From contig NEEC01000026.1 in assembly GCA_002189035.1 (NCBI GenBank), positions 310,001 through 374,000 of the forward strand: a stretch of DNA of 64,000 bases, in the 5' to 3' direction. A program made the position numbers and the translations under genes. The notes under the pieces were generated by a model, which searched no databases, was not told the DNA's origin, and saw only the letters and a program-made list of their open reading frames with translations. Source of the DNA: Utricularia gibba. Lineage: Eukaryota; Plantae; Magnoliophyta. How positions within the stretch are numbered: the stretch's first letter is position 1; every line of letters begins with the position of its first letter. This document shows, one piece after another, positions 11,700-25,460 of the stretch.

Positions 11700-14600
11700 C
11701 TTCCCGACACATGAGTGAATTGGTCAACCCAATGATTCTTCGTTAGAATTCAAAGCTTTTTTTTGTAAGTATCTTCATCATCATATACGATTCATTTTAT
11801 TCAGTATGAATCTTTTTCAAGTACCGGTGCATTCCCTCCAAAACATCCCTGATCAAGTGATAACATTGATTTATATGTTTTGATCGTAACTGAAATGAAA
11901 CAAGATCGATCACATTGTGCCCCCCTCAACCCTTTTGAGATGGATATCACTCTATCTATCACAAAATAATTCATGCTTCCTTTGCTTCACATCAAGTTCT
12001 CGCAAGAACATTTTTATCCACAGTAATTCCTTACAAGCCTCAATAACTATAATATATTCTACTTCTGTTCAAGTAGAGCAACACACTTCTACATTACTGA
12101 CTGACAAGACACATCATCTGTCTATCCTTTCAACATAGCCGCTTGATTTCCAAAGCTTAAATATATGCTTGAAGATGCTCGTAGATGTTTGAAAATCCAT
12201 TTCATCATAGACTAAAGATTTGCTTACAACTTCAACTGCATGAGTGATATATAGTCAGGTTCACACCATCTTATACATCAAATTCCCAATAGCTGATAGA
12301 GTATGGAATGTTTATCATTGCTTTTCATTCTTCCTCGGTTGATGGATATTGTTTCTTGCTTAATTGAAAATGATTAGCAAGATGGCAGCTAGCCGCATTG
12401 ACTTCCTTCATATTGAATCTCTCAACGATCTTCTCAATGTATTAAGTTTTAAACAATCATATCTTCTTGGCATCTCTATCTTTCAGGATTTTCATGTCAA
12501 GAATCTACTTTGCTGATCCCCAAGTCTTTTATCAAGAAATCCTTATTTAACTCTTTGTTCAAGTTTACAATTCTTGAAGTATTCTAATCAAAAATTTGCA
12601 TATCGTCAACATAAAGCAATAGAATTACAAAGTCATAATCGCAAACCTCTCAAAGTACACATAGTGGTCAATGCTCGTCAACTTGAGGCCGTACTTCTCC
12701 ATGACTAAGTCAAAATTTTTGTACCTCTTTCTCAGTGCTTGTTTCAACCTATATATGTTTTTATGCAACTTGCAAATATATCCCTCTTTTCCTTTTTCCA
12801 CAAAGCCTTCTATTATTCCATATAAATCTCTTCCTCTAGATCTCCATGTACAAATGCCATCTTGACATCCATTTTGATGAATCCCAGCAAAATGATGAAG
12901 AGCATTTGAAAAATAATGAGGATATTATACAAGTAAACACTTTGGATAGTAAAATCATTCCGCTAGGACCAATGACAATGAGCAAAAATAAGAAGATTGA
13001 AGCTACACTCAAAGCTTTACTCAATATTATTGGAATTAAACTTGAATTTGAAAACTTGCCATAAAAAAAATCAACTACTTGAAGCTAGATTTATCCTAAA
13101 ACCCAAAACATCTCTTCATTTTTTATATATGTTATTAGATTTGTTAGTCTTTTCTTTTTATTTAGTTTGAGTTTAGTAATGTTAGAGCCCGATTCTAAAG
13201 TATAAATACTCTATAAATGTACTTTATGAATGACCTTTAGCTTATTTCATTAATCTTGTGAAAAATTTCCTCTTTTTTGATTGTTTGAACACTCTTAACT
13301 TATCAAGTTCTTGAGCTTGTAATGTGTAAGTATTATTACTTCTAATTCCTTCTCAATTAAAAGTATAGCTCCTAATTTTTTCTTTTTTATAGTTTGGTTG
13401 CAAGAGATTTACTCTGTTAACGGTAGACTTGGATGAGTTCTTTTCTAAGTACAAATTTCCCCATGTGTGTGAGTTGCTAATCTCTTTAAATTAGAATGTC
13501 ACATCACATTTGCTCAACCTTCATGTTGAGACTACGTGTTAACCCTAATACTCTCCTGATACAAATCATCTTCACAACTAGTGCAAATATCTCATCATAA
13601 TCGATTCCTTTCTGTTGATTGAATCCCTTTACTATCAGCCTAGTCTTGTATTGAGGCTTTAAACTATTTTCAGAATACTTTATTTTGAAAACCCAGTTAT
13701 ATCTTAGTGTTTTTCTGCCTTTTGGAAACTTTATCAACTGAAATGTCTTATTCTCATTGAAAGGTTTCATTTTCTCTTCAATAGTTTTTATCTAGAGAGT
13801 TTTATCTTGGATTTTCATCTTTTTTTGGTAATTCTCAATTCTCCTTCATCAATGTACATAATGAACTTATCTCAAGATAATCTAGTAGGGCACCATACAA
13901 CTTTTCATGATCTTGTGTGCACAAAAAAACCTTCGGTAGAACTTGATGGTTGTTAAACCACATTCTCTCCATTTTTAGCTACCTCTGGTTCCTAATGATC
14001 ACAAGGTTATTCAGACACATGATATTCAGCATCACCTCCTTCATTATCTGGCAATATCATAGGAAGTATCACTCAACATTCATTCAATTTTCATTGCGAC
14101 GAGGGATATCATTCTTGGATTTCAAAATGTCTTTGATGATCTCTTCCTCAACAAAAAGAGCATCTCTACTCATGATTTGATTCTTTGAGATAGGAACATA
14201 AAATCAAAACTCAAACTAATTTTGGAAATAACCAATGAACACATATTCACATGTCTTAGAATCCAACTTCGATCATTCATCCATTGGAATCTGAACGTAT
14301 CCCTTGCAACGAAAACACCTTCAAATAATCATATGAGACCTCCTTTCCAGACCATAAATTTTTTGACACATGATGTCTCAACGACATATATAATGAAAGA
14401 TTCAAAACATGTGTTACCATAAAAGAAAACATCTCACTCTGTCCACAATAAAAGTTTATCTGAAAAATCATTGTAATTATCTAAAAAGTCTCAAATCCAA
14501 AAAATAATAAAAATGAGTTATGTCCATACACATTAAACTCTTTGGGAGAACGTGAAATATAAATTTCAAAAACTTGTTCGGATAATCACACAATTTACTT

Positions 14601-14700
14601 TTCAAATGTCTCCAAGCATCACAATCTACATGGGACATCTAGATAAGACTTTGATTTTTATCGAGAGACCTCAGTAAGATACAAATCTTCTTTTGATATT
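11700..14700 (-). mobile_element. Degenerate Ty1/copia internal region (integrase, RT, RNase H fragments)
   Basis: WVFKIK...YKTRLIVKGFNQQKGIDYDEIF (13504-13770); VKMAFVHGDLEEEIYM (~12830-12870); LLLYVDDM (~12610). Outer boundaries approximate. Confidence 0.85.
12875..13506. mobile_element. Solo LTR (632 bp) inserted in the copia RT, 5-bp TSD CATTT
   Basis: TGATG...CATCA ends; CATTT at 12870-12874 and 13507-13511; removing it rejoins RT as KVEQM-DVKMAF. Confidence 0.93.
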
Positions 14701-14954
14701 TCTGTTAATATTGATGGTAATTCTACAAGTGTACATAAACCATCGAAGTAATAAAATAAGATCGTATTCACAGGGAATTGTTATTGGAATTTTCTTTTCA
14801 AACAAAGACTAAAAAAAGGACAAAAATAAAAGAAAGATTTGGTTTTAAAAATAAAAAAAAAAATGGCTTTGGATCCAGGACTCACCTTACTTGAAACTCG
14901 CCCTTGCGTGTGTGTAAACCTTGAAGACTGACCTGCTTGCGCAAGCTCTGGGGG

Positions 14955-15830
14955 TGTTATTCTAAAGTATTGCTACTCGGTGACCGTTATAGCACCGTCC
15001 CTTGTTTTGTGGTACTATGGAATCAACCACGCCACCAAAACCATTTCACCTCTTTTGATAACCCATGTTTTCCCCACACCCAAATCTAACCCCTACACCT
15101 CACACCTCGCAGATAGATTAGATAGAATGTGCCTTGCCAACGATGTCCGATTGAGCCCTTCTCCTTAGGTGCTTGAGGCCAACCTTTGATTCTCTCACAC
15201 TCCCTTCGGCTTATGTGATACTAAAGAACACGTTGATAAAGAAAACGTTGTGAAAAAACAGAATCAAACCTGAATTTAAATGTCGAAAAACATAGTAAAA
15301 CAGTCACACGTGCAGGACTTGCGCAAGCAAGGCTTCACCACAGATCCTCAGCCGCAAGCGCCTACACGCGCAGACTCGACTCTAACATGAAAATAGACAC
15401 AAAAATAGGAAAGATACAAAGGAAAAGTGGTCAAAGACGTTTCTAATGGTTGAGAGGGTGGGGTATTTATAAGATAGTCAATCCAAGTCTTCGTATTGAG
15501 CTTATTTGATGGGCTTGAATAATATCTTCTATCCAAATCTTTTATTCAAATATTTGAAGATCATCTTTATATCTCTATCTTATCCACGAATCTTGGACCA
15601 AATCCTCATCGGTTGACCGAGTCTTGGGTTGAAATTCGTGGCCCATCAAGTCCACAACTTGGTGGGTCTTGATTTCTCCTCAAATTAATCTAAAAGTACC
15701 CTAAAAATCCATAAAATACAATTTCTCTTCAAAAAAATTAAAGTAGTGTGAAAGATGCAAAATCAATTGAGAATAATGAGAAAGCGGGATCTAAAATAAG
15801 TAAAAACAACACTCAAAAGTAGTGTAAGAA
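14955..15830 (-). mobile_element. Possible 5' LTR of the copia remnant
   Basis: Lies upstream of the minus-strand copia internal region; GCTCTG resembles half of a reversed PBS. No second copy or TSD found. Confidence 0.35.
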
Positions 15831-16232
15831 CATGTTTTGTAACGATACGAAATCAATTATCAATTATCATTCTTATCAATTAATTTGTAAATGATGTAGG
15901 TCGCATTAATGTGGATGGCAGGAGAGCAATTGCAATAACATGAAGGAAGTGATCTCTAAATCTCATAGATTTGTAATAATTCGTACGGGTCAAGTCCAAT
16001 TTCAACCATCAAATATCGATTCGAGTATGGGTAATAAAAATCAGGTCGGAGCCCAAATACCCGTTTCGATCCACATGTCTATCCCCACCCCCACCCTTGG
16101 GGTGTGGACAAATGCGTTGAAATGTTCAGCGAGGGCAAGATGGTCATTTACGCAACACGCATTCCTTTCTTGCCGTTGGGTTGTTTCTTGGCATTCAGAC
16201 GAGACTTCGGATCCCATTTCCTGGAGGAGGAA

Positions 16233-16613
16233 ATGCGGTTCGTCGCTTCCAAACCTTGGGCAGTGCTCGCGATTGCCGCCCTTCTGCTCACCCTTATCCC
16301 GCCCACCGTCCGATCGGAGCCTAATTTCATCAGCTTACCGTCCAATGATCCCGACCACGACGTTTGCGCGAGGAATCCGGAGCCTGATGTCTGCCCCGTG
16401 AAATGCTTCCGGGCGGACCCCGTATGCGGCGAAGACAACGTCACCTATTGGTGCGGCTGCGCCGAGGCTCGATGCGCCGGTGCTCGTGTCATGAAATTGG
16501 GCTTTTGCGAGGTGCGTAACGGTGGCTCGGGGCCGGCCGGTCAAGCCCTTCTCTTGGTCCACATAATTTGGTTGATTTTGCTCGGGGTGTTTGTTTTGTT
16601 TGGGCTTCTTTGA
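16233..16613 (+). CDS. Kazal-type serine protease inhibitor (single exon; signal peptide and hydrophobic C-terminal tail)
   Basis: MRFVASKPWAVLAIAALLLTL signal-like start; CPVKCFRADPVCGEDNVTYWCGC...C...GFC Kazal cysteine pattern; GQALLLVHIIWLILLG tail typical of the plant family. Confidence 0.92.
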   Translation: MRFVASKPWAVLAIAALLLTLIPPTVRSEPNFISLPSNDPDHDVCARNPEPDVCPVKCFRADPVCGEDNVTYWCGCAEARCAGARVMKLGFCEVRNGGSGPAGQALLLVHIIWLILLGVFVLFGLL

Positions 16614-16951
16614 CTTGATCGCTTTTCCAATTCCATTGCTTCATCAACTTCAATTTCTATGTTGTTATGCTCATCCTTGTTCACTCGGGTTAAAAGATTG
16701 AATCTTTAGCAAGCCAATTTCCTCAACAATGCGCAGTACTCAGAAAGATTGGATGTTTGAATAAACAACAAACAGCGATGGGTTCTGTAAGCATGATGAT
16801 GAACAGAAGCAAGCGCGCACACACACAAGAACGGGTTCTCCCAAAATGGACACGACTGGTTAAACAAGAAGCTGAGAATGAAGACGAGACCTGAGGATGA
16901 TGACAGTCTAAATGCTTTATCCTTAATCAACCACGACTAGCAGCAGTTGTC

Positions 16952-17699
16952 TTATTCTTCTTCGGCAATAACACCCTTCTCGCTGACATATATACCGTCG
17001 AGGAATTTGCGGATATCCTTGTTCTTCACATGGCATTTCTGTCCACAAAACATACAAGGCATGAATAGCGTGCCTTTTTCATTCAAATTCAGAAGAAAGA
17101 TGATGATATGTTGGTATATAGCATGCCTGGTTGATCAGAGCACAGGATCGAGAGACAAATTCAATGTCGTTCCCATCCAACATCAGCTCATCCTTCACCT
17201 TCTCAGAACGAACCACAGTAACCCCTTCAAGCATATCCACCTTCCTTACCTGATTAAAACAAAAGGAAGGGTTCATGTAATCATAATGCTGTAGCGGAAG
17301 ACAGAAAGCGCAGTGTGCAAATACCCTTTTCTCTCCAAGGAAGTTGCGAATCTCAATAGCCTTGCCATTATTCGTGATGGAAGCGTTGATCGGAAAGTGG
17401 GCATACACAAATCGCATCTTGTAGCGGTAACCCTGTGTCACACCTTTGATGAGATTGGACACGTGGCTGAGAGCGGTGCGAATGGCTGCAGTGGTTTTCC
17501 GGCTTCCGAACCAGGCGTCAACCTTGAGCTTCTTCTTCCCCGTCTCCTCGTCGGTCATCAATTGAAAATCAAGGTTCAGATGCTTGAAATCTCGAGTAAG
17601 CTTCCCCCTGGGCCCTTCCACCTCGATCACCTTGGCTTTAACCTTGATCTTCACGCCCTCAGGTATATCCATCGTGTCCGATGACAGAATCGTCTTCAT
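16952..17699 (-). CDS. RPL9: 60S ribosomal protein L9 (uL6); exons 17699-17325, 17249-17127, 17038-16952; 194 aa
   Basis: MKTILSS...[13 protein letters not shown]...[16 protein letters not shown]...[22 protein letters not shown]; intron 2 has a GC donor. Confidence 0.97.
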
Positions 17700-17805
17700 C
17701 TCTTCCCCTGATTTCTCCCGCCGACCGAGGCTGGTGTTGTCGAGCGATGGACGACGGAGGCTCCGCTCCAGGAGAAACAGAACCAAGCGATTATATCCGT
17801 CCCCA

Positions 17806-17885
17806 AAACCCTAGCTTTTGTCTTCATCGGGCCGGCCCGATATGGGCCTGGGCCCAGATATTTTACAAACCGAGAGCGGCCCAAA
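17806..17885. promoter_or_regulatory. Telo-box (AAACCCTAG, 17806-17814) and site II-like TGGGCC/GCCCA motifs upstream of RPL9
   Basis: Motifs are seen directly; this pairing is established for plant ribosomal protein promoters. Confidence 0.75.
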
Positions 17886-18001
17886 TATGACACTCAACTG
17901 GAATCAATTCGAAATTAACAAGCTAAGCTGCTATTTTTTTCCAAAGGAGACAGGGGGATGCAGGTGCAGACATTCCCATCCTCTTGTATTCCTGGTTTGA
18001 T

Positions 18002-18028
18002 GCAGCAGCAGCAGCAGCAGCAGCAGCA
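18002..18028. repeat. (GCA)9 microsatellite
   Basis: Read directly from the sequence. Confidence 0.9.
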
Positions 18029-18256
18029 CCCCCTCATGGCCATCTAGGATGTAGCCTCCACATTTGATTTGAGGTATGAGGTATGATGCAGTAGCACCAG
18101 TTTGTTCAACACATAAACACCACCACACACAAGCTAAGCTAAGCTGAAGCTGCTGGAGATCAGGTTCATAGCTTCCAGTTTCCTGTGAGTCCTTCCTTCG
18201 TACGCCAAAAGCAGGGTCTCAACAAGTGGATACACGAGGCGCAAGTGCAGAGCTTC

Positions 18257-18914
18257 TCACATCAGTGTCATCGCCTTCCTTCCCTTCCCCACATCATCGG
18301 CATTCCGCTTTCTTTTCTTGGTCACCGACATCGGACTCTTCCCCTTCTTCTCCCTCACTCTCCACACATTCTTCTTCCTAAACAGTAATTTTTCAAACTT
18401 CCACACCCCCTTACCGTAACTCGTATCTATGACGGTTACATCCGTTCGAGAAAAACCCGTCAAGCTCGGATCCCGCTCTCCTTCTTCTTCCTCTTCATTT
18501 TCGTAAGTGGCTGGTTGCGGTTTCCCTCCCTTCACTCGGCCGCCGGTATCTTCACTCCGCCACGGCTGCTTCGCCTTCTCCAATGACCCATCCTTGCTCC
18601 CATCACTTGGATCATTCGAAAATGTACAGATTTTAGGGTTTGACTGCTTGCGACACGACTTTTTCAGGTGGCCCGAAGCGACGTTGTTATCCCCGAAATT
18701 GAATAGCTCGTTGAGAACTCCATCCACGGTGCTCCTCAAATCCCCTTGTACATTTCGAGGGGAGGGTAATTGGATTGGCATTTGCATTCGTCCTCGGATG
18801 GTCGTCCTGGGTAGGGCTTTGGAGATCTGCCGCGTCACTCTCCGCGAACCCTCTCGCTGCCCGCAGCCGCTCCAACCATCCGCCGGATTTCCCGATCGAC
18901 ACTCCGCAGGCCAT
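18257..18914 (-). pseudogene. Conserved plant protein of unknown function (At5g24500-like) with an internal frameshift
   Basis: The N-terminal motif MACGVSIGKSGGWLERLRAARGF is in one frame. GVLNELFNFG, KKSCRKQSNP and DVTVIDTS..VWKFEKLLFRKKNVWRVREKKGK are in another. Family recognised from memory. Confidence 0.65.
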
Positions 18915-19399
18915 CTCCCCAAGAACAAGAATTGAGTTGCAACTTGAAGAATTAATAATATGCCTTTTGTCAGCCTTATATCCTCTGGCGGCTTCACAAC
19001 AGTGACCTCCTCTTGGCTCCTGCACCGGTTAAGCGGAAACAAATCATACATACATACACGAAAGCAGGATCTCGCATCAAGTGTTCATGGGCGATTCTGT
19101 AGAACTACACCAAGCAAATCTTCAGCGTCGACAAGACACAACACACTTCAGGGGAACCAAACAAAGAAAAGCAACAGATGCAGCAGCAGCAGCAGCCATT
19201 AGCTTTCCAGGAATATGACTCATCAAATGCAGCAGGGGTGTCTACTTGGAGCTTTCCTTGGGCCTAAACCTCAACAACGGTAATCACAAAAGTGTTGCAA
19301 GGGAAGAATGATTGCACCACCTACATTTCCAGACTGATGGTTCTGTCATTTGTGTTGGAAGAGAAGATGAACTGCACACACACACACACAAAAGCAAAC

Positions 19400-21900
19400 A
19401 ACTTCAAGAGTTTTTGGTCTTACTAATTAAACTTCTTAGGACAAGGAAATTGAAACAAGTTTTATGGATATAATAAACTAAACTTAAATCCAAATTTCAA
19501 ACTTCCTAACAAGTAAACTCTCCTTGAGATAACTACTCTATGAAAATTCTTAAGCAGCATAATCATAATTTCGTTGATGGCTTCCAATACTCTTCCTCAA
19601 GTTTGAACCATCCTTCCTTCCAAGTAAACTTCTCAAGTCAACAAGTACCCCACGAGACATAATCCTCGTCAAGATATTATCTAACTAGTCCTATGATGTA
19701 ACGTATTCAAGCTCCACTGCCTTCTCAACAATGCATCCTGTGATCTCAAGATATGTTTGCTTTTTCCATGGAAGATCAGATTCTAAATGGTTATATCTTG
19801 GCCGTTCCTGATTGAGTAGATCCAATATTGTCCTAAAAGTTTAGAGCCATCTTGCTTGACAAACACAAAAGTTTGCTGTTATGAACTCTATCTACTTCGC
19901 ACGTGGACATTGCCAAAATTGGCTTCTTCTGAGAACACCAACTAAAAGCTATGATCGAGGAAGAATGCAAAACAAGATGTACTCTTAGCATCATCCAAGC
20001 TTTCTCCTCAATCATATCACTATAACAAACCAAATCATAATTATCAGAATTTAGAAACCAATGATCAAAACTTACCATTTCCTTAATATATCTAAGGATT
20101 CTTTTCACTGCTATTATGGAACTTTCACCAAGCCTACTGCATAAGAGTATCAAGCCTTGTACTAGTAATATACCTTACACTTTCAACTAAACTCTTGAAG
20201 AGAGTTGGATTCAATTTTCCACTTGAATAATTTAAACATAGTTTTCTTCCATTAACTGCTAGAGTATCAATTTGCTTACAATGCTTCATTCCAAACCTTT
20301 CTAAAAGATCTTCAGCATATTTCTTTTTGAGAAATAAAGATGCCATCCTCCATTTTACGTACTTGAATACCAAGATGATGGCTCATGAGTCCAAGATCAC
20401 TCATTTCAAATTCTACTTTTATTGGTTGCTTAAATTTTTTAAAGTCAGCAAGCTTAGTTCTAGTGAAGAACAAGTCATCCACATAAAAGCATAATAAAAG
20501 AACATCTCCAAATTGATTAATTCTTGCCTATATACCATGTTCATGAAAATACCTCAGAAAACCATTTCTAATAAAATATTGATGAATTCTTGCTTTAATT
20601 TGTAGAGGAATTTGTTAAGTCTCAATACTTTGTCTCTGTGTTCCTCATTGACATACCCATGTGACTGTTGTGAGACAAAGTCTTACTAGATGCTTTTCTG
20701 TAGATGAGATATGTCTGTCGAGCAAACACCCTGCTAATAGTAAAAAAATATAGGTATTCTAGCAAAAAAAATTACAAACTACAGGTATTTTGATAAAAGT
20801 AAAAAAAAAAAACAGGTAACTTGACGAAAAATTTTATCTGACACGCGCATTTCAATAAAAAAGCCATTAATAACTAGTTTTTTTTTATACTTTTCAATAT
20901 CATAGTGGGCATCTTTTTTGATCCTATATACACATTTTTAATCCAATGACATTCGTAGTTCCATGTTCATCAACAAACTGCTAGGTAGAATTCTTCTGGA
21001 TGGCATTGATTTTTTAGTTTATAGTCCTCTTCCATTAATCAATGTGAACATCTTCAAATCTTAATATTTTAGATTTTGCAAACAAGCAACAGCGAGAAAA
21101 AGTAAGGACTTCACTTAAATTTGCTTTAGGTGAGTGAATACCATTTCTAGTCCAAAGCGTTGGTAGATCAATGAAAAAAGTTATCAAAATATCTTGGTTG
21201 TCTTCTTACATGAATCACCTTATTAGATTGCGAAAGATCTATGTTATCAGATTGTTGTTACTGACTTCAATGATTGTTTTTTTCATCATCAAAATATACA
21301 TATCCTCCAATAGTTGTTGGAATCATTCCAATTCCAAACTTCTAAATTGTCAAACTCAACATCCCTGTTTATCATAACTTTATCTTCTACTCGATCAAAG
21401 AGTTTGTACCCTTTTGAAGAAGAATCATAACCAATAAATACAAAATTCTTAGAAAGAGCATCCAACTTCCATCTGGTTTTCTAGGAGTATGAGCATATGC
21501 CGTGCATCCAAAGATTCTCATATGAGAAACATGAGGCCTCTTGAGAAGTTTGACCACCTGCACTATTTGTGTAAAATTTGTTCAATAAATATATTGCACG
21601 AGTAGCAACCTTTGCTCAAAATTGTTTGGATAAGTACAAAACGCTTGCTCCCTATTAAGTACCATTCTATTCCTCATTTCTACGACATTATTTTGATAAG
21701 GAGTACGAGAAATTGTGAAAGACCTACTCATGCCAAACCTTTTACTGAATTCCATGAAATTATTAGGAGTTAATTCTTCTTCTTTGTCTAAATGCAGAGC
21801 TTTAATCTTCATTCTACTTGATGCTTAGTGATGATTTGAAATCTTTTAAAAGCATCAAACCTCAGATTTCCTTGAGAAAACATAAATCCAGCACTTCTGA
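19400..21900 (-). mobile_element. Degenerate Ty1/copia internal region
   Basis: SRTPYQNNVVEMRNR (integrase, 21582-21812); RT fragments 20134-20700 (KKYAEDLLERFGM); AVKRILRYIK and WCSQKKPILAMSTCE (RT/RNase H). Boundaries approximate. Confidence 0.85.
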
Positions 21901-23389
21901 GCTATGATAAATGATATATGCTTTCCCATCATATTAGTATATCAAAAGAATCATCATCATTATCTTCAACAATATGTGAGATTCCACAAAATATATTTTC
22001 CATTTGAGTTAGAGGATTGAGAGAAGGAACTATGTTTGCTTTGAATTAACGTAATAAGATTAATTGTATAAGAACATGAAGAAGAAGACGAAGACATAAA
22101 AACACTCAAAAAGCATATCAATTTTTTTAATAAAGCACATCAATCACTAAATAAAAGAAAGCACATCACTGAAACATAAAACCTCACTTCAATACCTTCA
22201 AATGGAATACAAATACATAAATAAGGGCTAGAACTACTTGAAAATATTTTACACTTAGGAGACTGTCACCAATCAAACAATAAAAAGGGATCAAGTGTTA
22301 TTTTGCTTCTAAAAGTTTGCAGCTAGAACAAATGTTATTTTCTAGTGTTATTTCACTTTGAATTAAAATCTTGACTAGTTTTTGGATTAAAAAAAAGCAA
22401 TAAACCTTTTGCTAGTTTTGCAAGTCAACGATGACCTAACGAATCCATCATCCACTTAGGAAGGGTTGACCCATGGGTCCAACCCATTCATATAAGTCGA
22501 GTCCGCTATGCTCATTGCCACCAGAAACACCATGACACTCAAATTAGAGAGTTCAAATAATTGCGAAATATTTAAAACAATTTTAATATCTGGAAAGTAT
22601 TATAATTATTTGATTCAAATTCTTCCATTGTTATTGTTCCTCAAAGTACATAATATTAGTTTTAATTTCAACTTACTACTATATAATTTAAAAGTATGAT
22701 ACAAACTTAAAATGATAAAAAATAAACCTTTAACTATTTGTTTCTTTGAAATCTAATCAATTCAATAAAACCACATAAATATTTAGTTCGAAAGGAAATC
22801 ACCAATCGCAAATACATTGAATTAAACCCGTGGTGATCATCCTACCCCGCTTGCTCTTCTACCTCCTCTATTGATAAATGAAATATTTTGTGTGCATCGT
22901 AAATATGCAAATTTTCGTATCAAATAAATTTATAAATCTAATTCACAACCAATCATACGAAAAATATGAACATAATAGATCAGGATCGAACATAAGGAGT
23001 TATGTGTCTGTTATGTGAAGATTCATGCATACTGTTTTTGTCATGGTTGGAAAATTTAGTCTAAGCTAAAAGTAAGACAAGTTTATGATAAAATGCAATA
23101 AGAAATAACAAGTAGATTTGACTACTAACTAGAATAAGATAATGCAATGTATTGAAACTTCTAGAAGTAACATGATAATTACTATACTTAACCACCCAAC
23201 TTAATAGTCATTCATCCAATAATACAAGGATTCAAGTCTACTCAAAGCCTTGATTTTCCTAACTTTTGGTTGACTTCTAGTTAGGTTATTTATGATGAAC
23301 ATGATCACTTCCCCTTCCTGCGTCTACCTTGGTTTGATAAGGAAATTACATGTAATAATCATGTACACCCCCTTCTACCCCAGAACATT

Positions 23390-25460
23390 ACATGTATTCA
23401 GCCATTCATGCTGAAATAAAAGGTAACATGTTCATAGCATAGCACCCAAAACATGATAGTGTCAAAGTGCAACAACAAGGAAAGAAACATAAACAAAAAC
23501 AAAAATCGTAAATAGTTTGCATGAAAAGCTAGAACTATTCATGACTAGAAATAGTATTCCCAATAAACAAAAAAAAAGTTCAAAGATAAACTTGGATCAT
23601 GGTTTATTCTTCTTCGTCCTCCATGTTTTTGCTATGATTCCCTACTACAGAAGTCTATGGCGTATTGTTCAAAGTGTAGAGATATTTTTCTCTTTTTTCA
23701 TTATGCCAAAAATCTACTTTTCTTCTACATTTAGATTTGATCTCTTCTATTTTTAGCTTTTGTCCCTACATCCTGCCACTTTACTGTTCTCTTTCAGTTC
23801 TTTGGGATTTGAGCTGCTAAAATGTATTGCATTGCTCAAGAGAATGATTAGAATTAAGATTAAGATTAAATCTATGATTTAGTCCCAATTAGGAATAAAA
23901 GACGCAAATAGTGGTGCTAGTCACAAAAACATAGAAATACAATAAAATCCAAGTTTTGTAGCAAAATATTAATTATTTTTCTATCATTAAACACTCAAAA
24001 ATATGTGTTTTCATCTATCTATAAAACTAAATGCGTGTGAGGATTTTCTGATTTTAAATAGGGAGAAAGGGATTAATTAAAAATTTAGTTGGAGAAATTG
24101 AGTTAGAAAGAAAATGAACGTGAACGATTCAAAAAGTACATATGACAGGCTTTTTATGAAATGCATGGAGATGTGACACCTAGCATTTTAACAGACATTT
24201 CGTGTAGTTCATAAGATGTAAATATAGATTTTCTAACATTTGGAATCAGTATGCATGGAAGGAACCTCCATATAGCAACTGGGAAATCCAATAGGTGAGT
24301 CGTATGCATCGTTTTGGGAGGAATTTTCTTGTGATCACATGGAGTCTCATAAAAATAGTAGAAATTTTCAAAAGTGAAGCTAAGACATAGGGGAGCGATT
24401 AGATACTACTTTGGTCAAATCAGGTGAAAGAGTAAGCCGATGATGGGTTCTGAACTACTTTTTATGTTATTTTTGTGATTTTGTGTTATGATTGTGTATT
24501 GCATGTTTATGAATTTTTCAATTACATCTAGAGGGCAATTTGGATTTCGGATAAATATGATTTTGGTAGGATTTTTGTCATCTTTCATTTGCAAAAAAAA
24601 GGAACTTTCAAATTTGAAGCTAGAAACAGGAAGCTATGCATTTTATCTCAAAACTATTCAAATTGCTTTGACATTCAAAGACTGTTCGAAGTTCATAATT
24701 AAAAAAATTTATAACTTAATGGTGGATGATCGAATTTCCATGATTCTTGTTTCTATAACCCTATTCTTTGGGATTCAAATAAAAATGATCTCATGATTTT
24801 TTTGGTTAAGTTTAAAACTTCCAAAACATATAATGGTTTAAGAGACTATGAAATCTAAAGTTATATCTGAGTTGTATTGTATTGAAATAGAAAACTGTAG
24901 GGGAGTTGTGGATGCACACTTCTTGATTTTAGGCATGTCTATGACAACCCTACAATGAAGTTTTAGCCACATAATGGATTAGGAAGGAATTGAAAAGGAA
25001 AAATAAAAAAGTTGGGCTTTTGTAACCTTGGACGAGGGGGTTGCCCCTCTTGCGGAGTTCATGAGAGTTTTTCCAAATGAAAATATTGTGTTTGGTTCCC
25101 AAGATTGCCAAGTTGAGGGATCCAAACACAAGGGGGCACAACATGCATGTAAATGGTTACATAGAAAACGACTCCTACTTATTTCTTATGTGATTCCTTA
25201 GGTGTTTAATTGAATGACTGTTGCTTTTTGCATTTTGAGCTTTATGTGATAAATCAATGCCTTGCCTGCTATAGACATTTTAGATTTTGAAAAGTGGAGG
25301 AGGGCTATGATCCATAGTTAGAAGAAGCTTAGTCTGGTTGTCATCTCTTTTGGAGAGGTTTGCTTATAAGTCTTAGGTTATCATGTCAACAACTTGGTTT
25401 TCTTTCTCCTAGTTGATAACTACTGTATTTTTGCTTGAGGATGTAGATGTGGTCATTTGG
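23390..25460. mobile_element. Degenerate LTR-retrotransposon non-coding remnant (Athila-like); 23390-24013 is homologous to the solo LTR at 51076-51700
   Basis: Shared blocks CATCCT(CT)GCCACT, TTGGGATTT, CATTGCTCAA, GATTTAGTCCCAA, TTTTGTAGCA and AATATGTGTT.TCA. Confidence 0.55.

Noticed and set aside
16104-16232. N-terminal extension of the Kazal ORF in the ORF track
   Set aside because: It begins at a GTG. The ATG at 16233 gives a proper signal peptide.
17313-17814. Plus-strand ORFs 17313-17684 and 17584-17814
   Set aside because: Antisense shadows of RPL9 with no recognisable motifs.
20735-20900. Possible MITE inside the second copia remnant
   Set aside because: A-rich repeats are present, but no TIR pair or TSD could be identified.
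22420-22510. Resemblance to the hAT MITE subterminal motifs
   Set aside because: Too short and degenerate; no termini or TSD.
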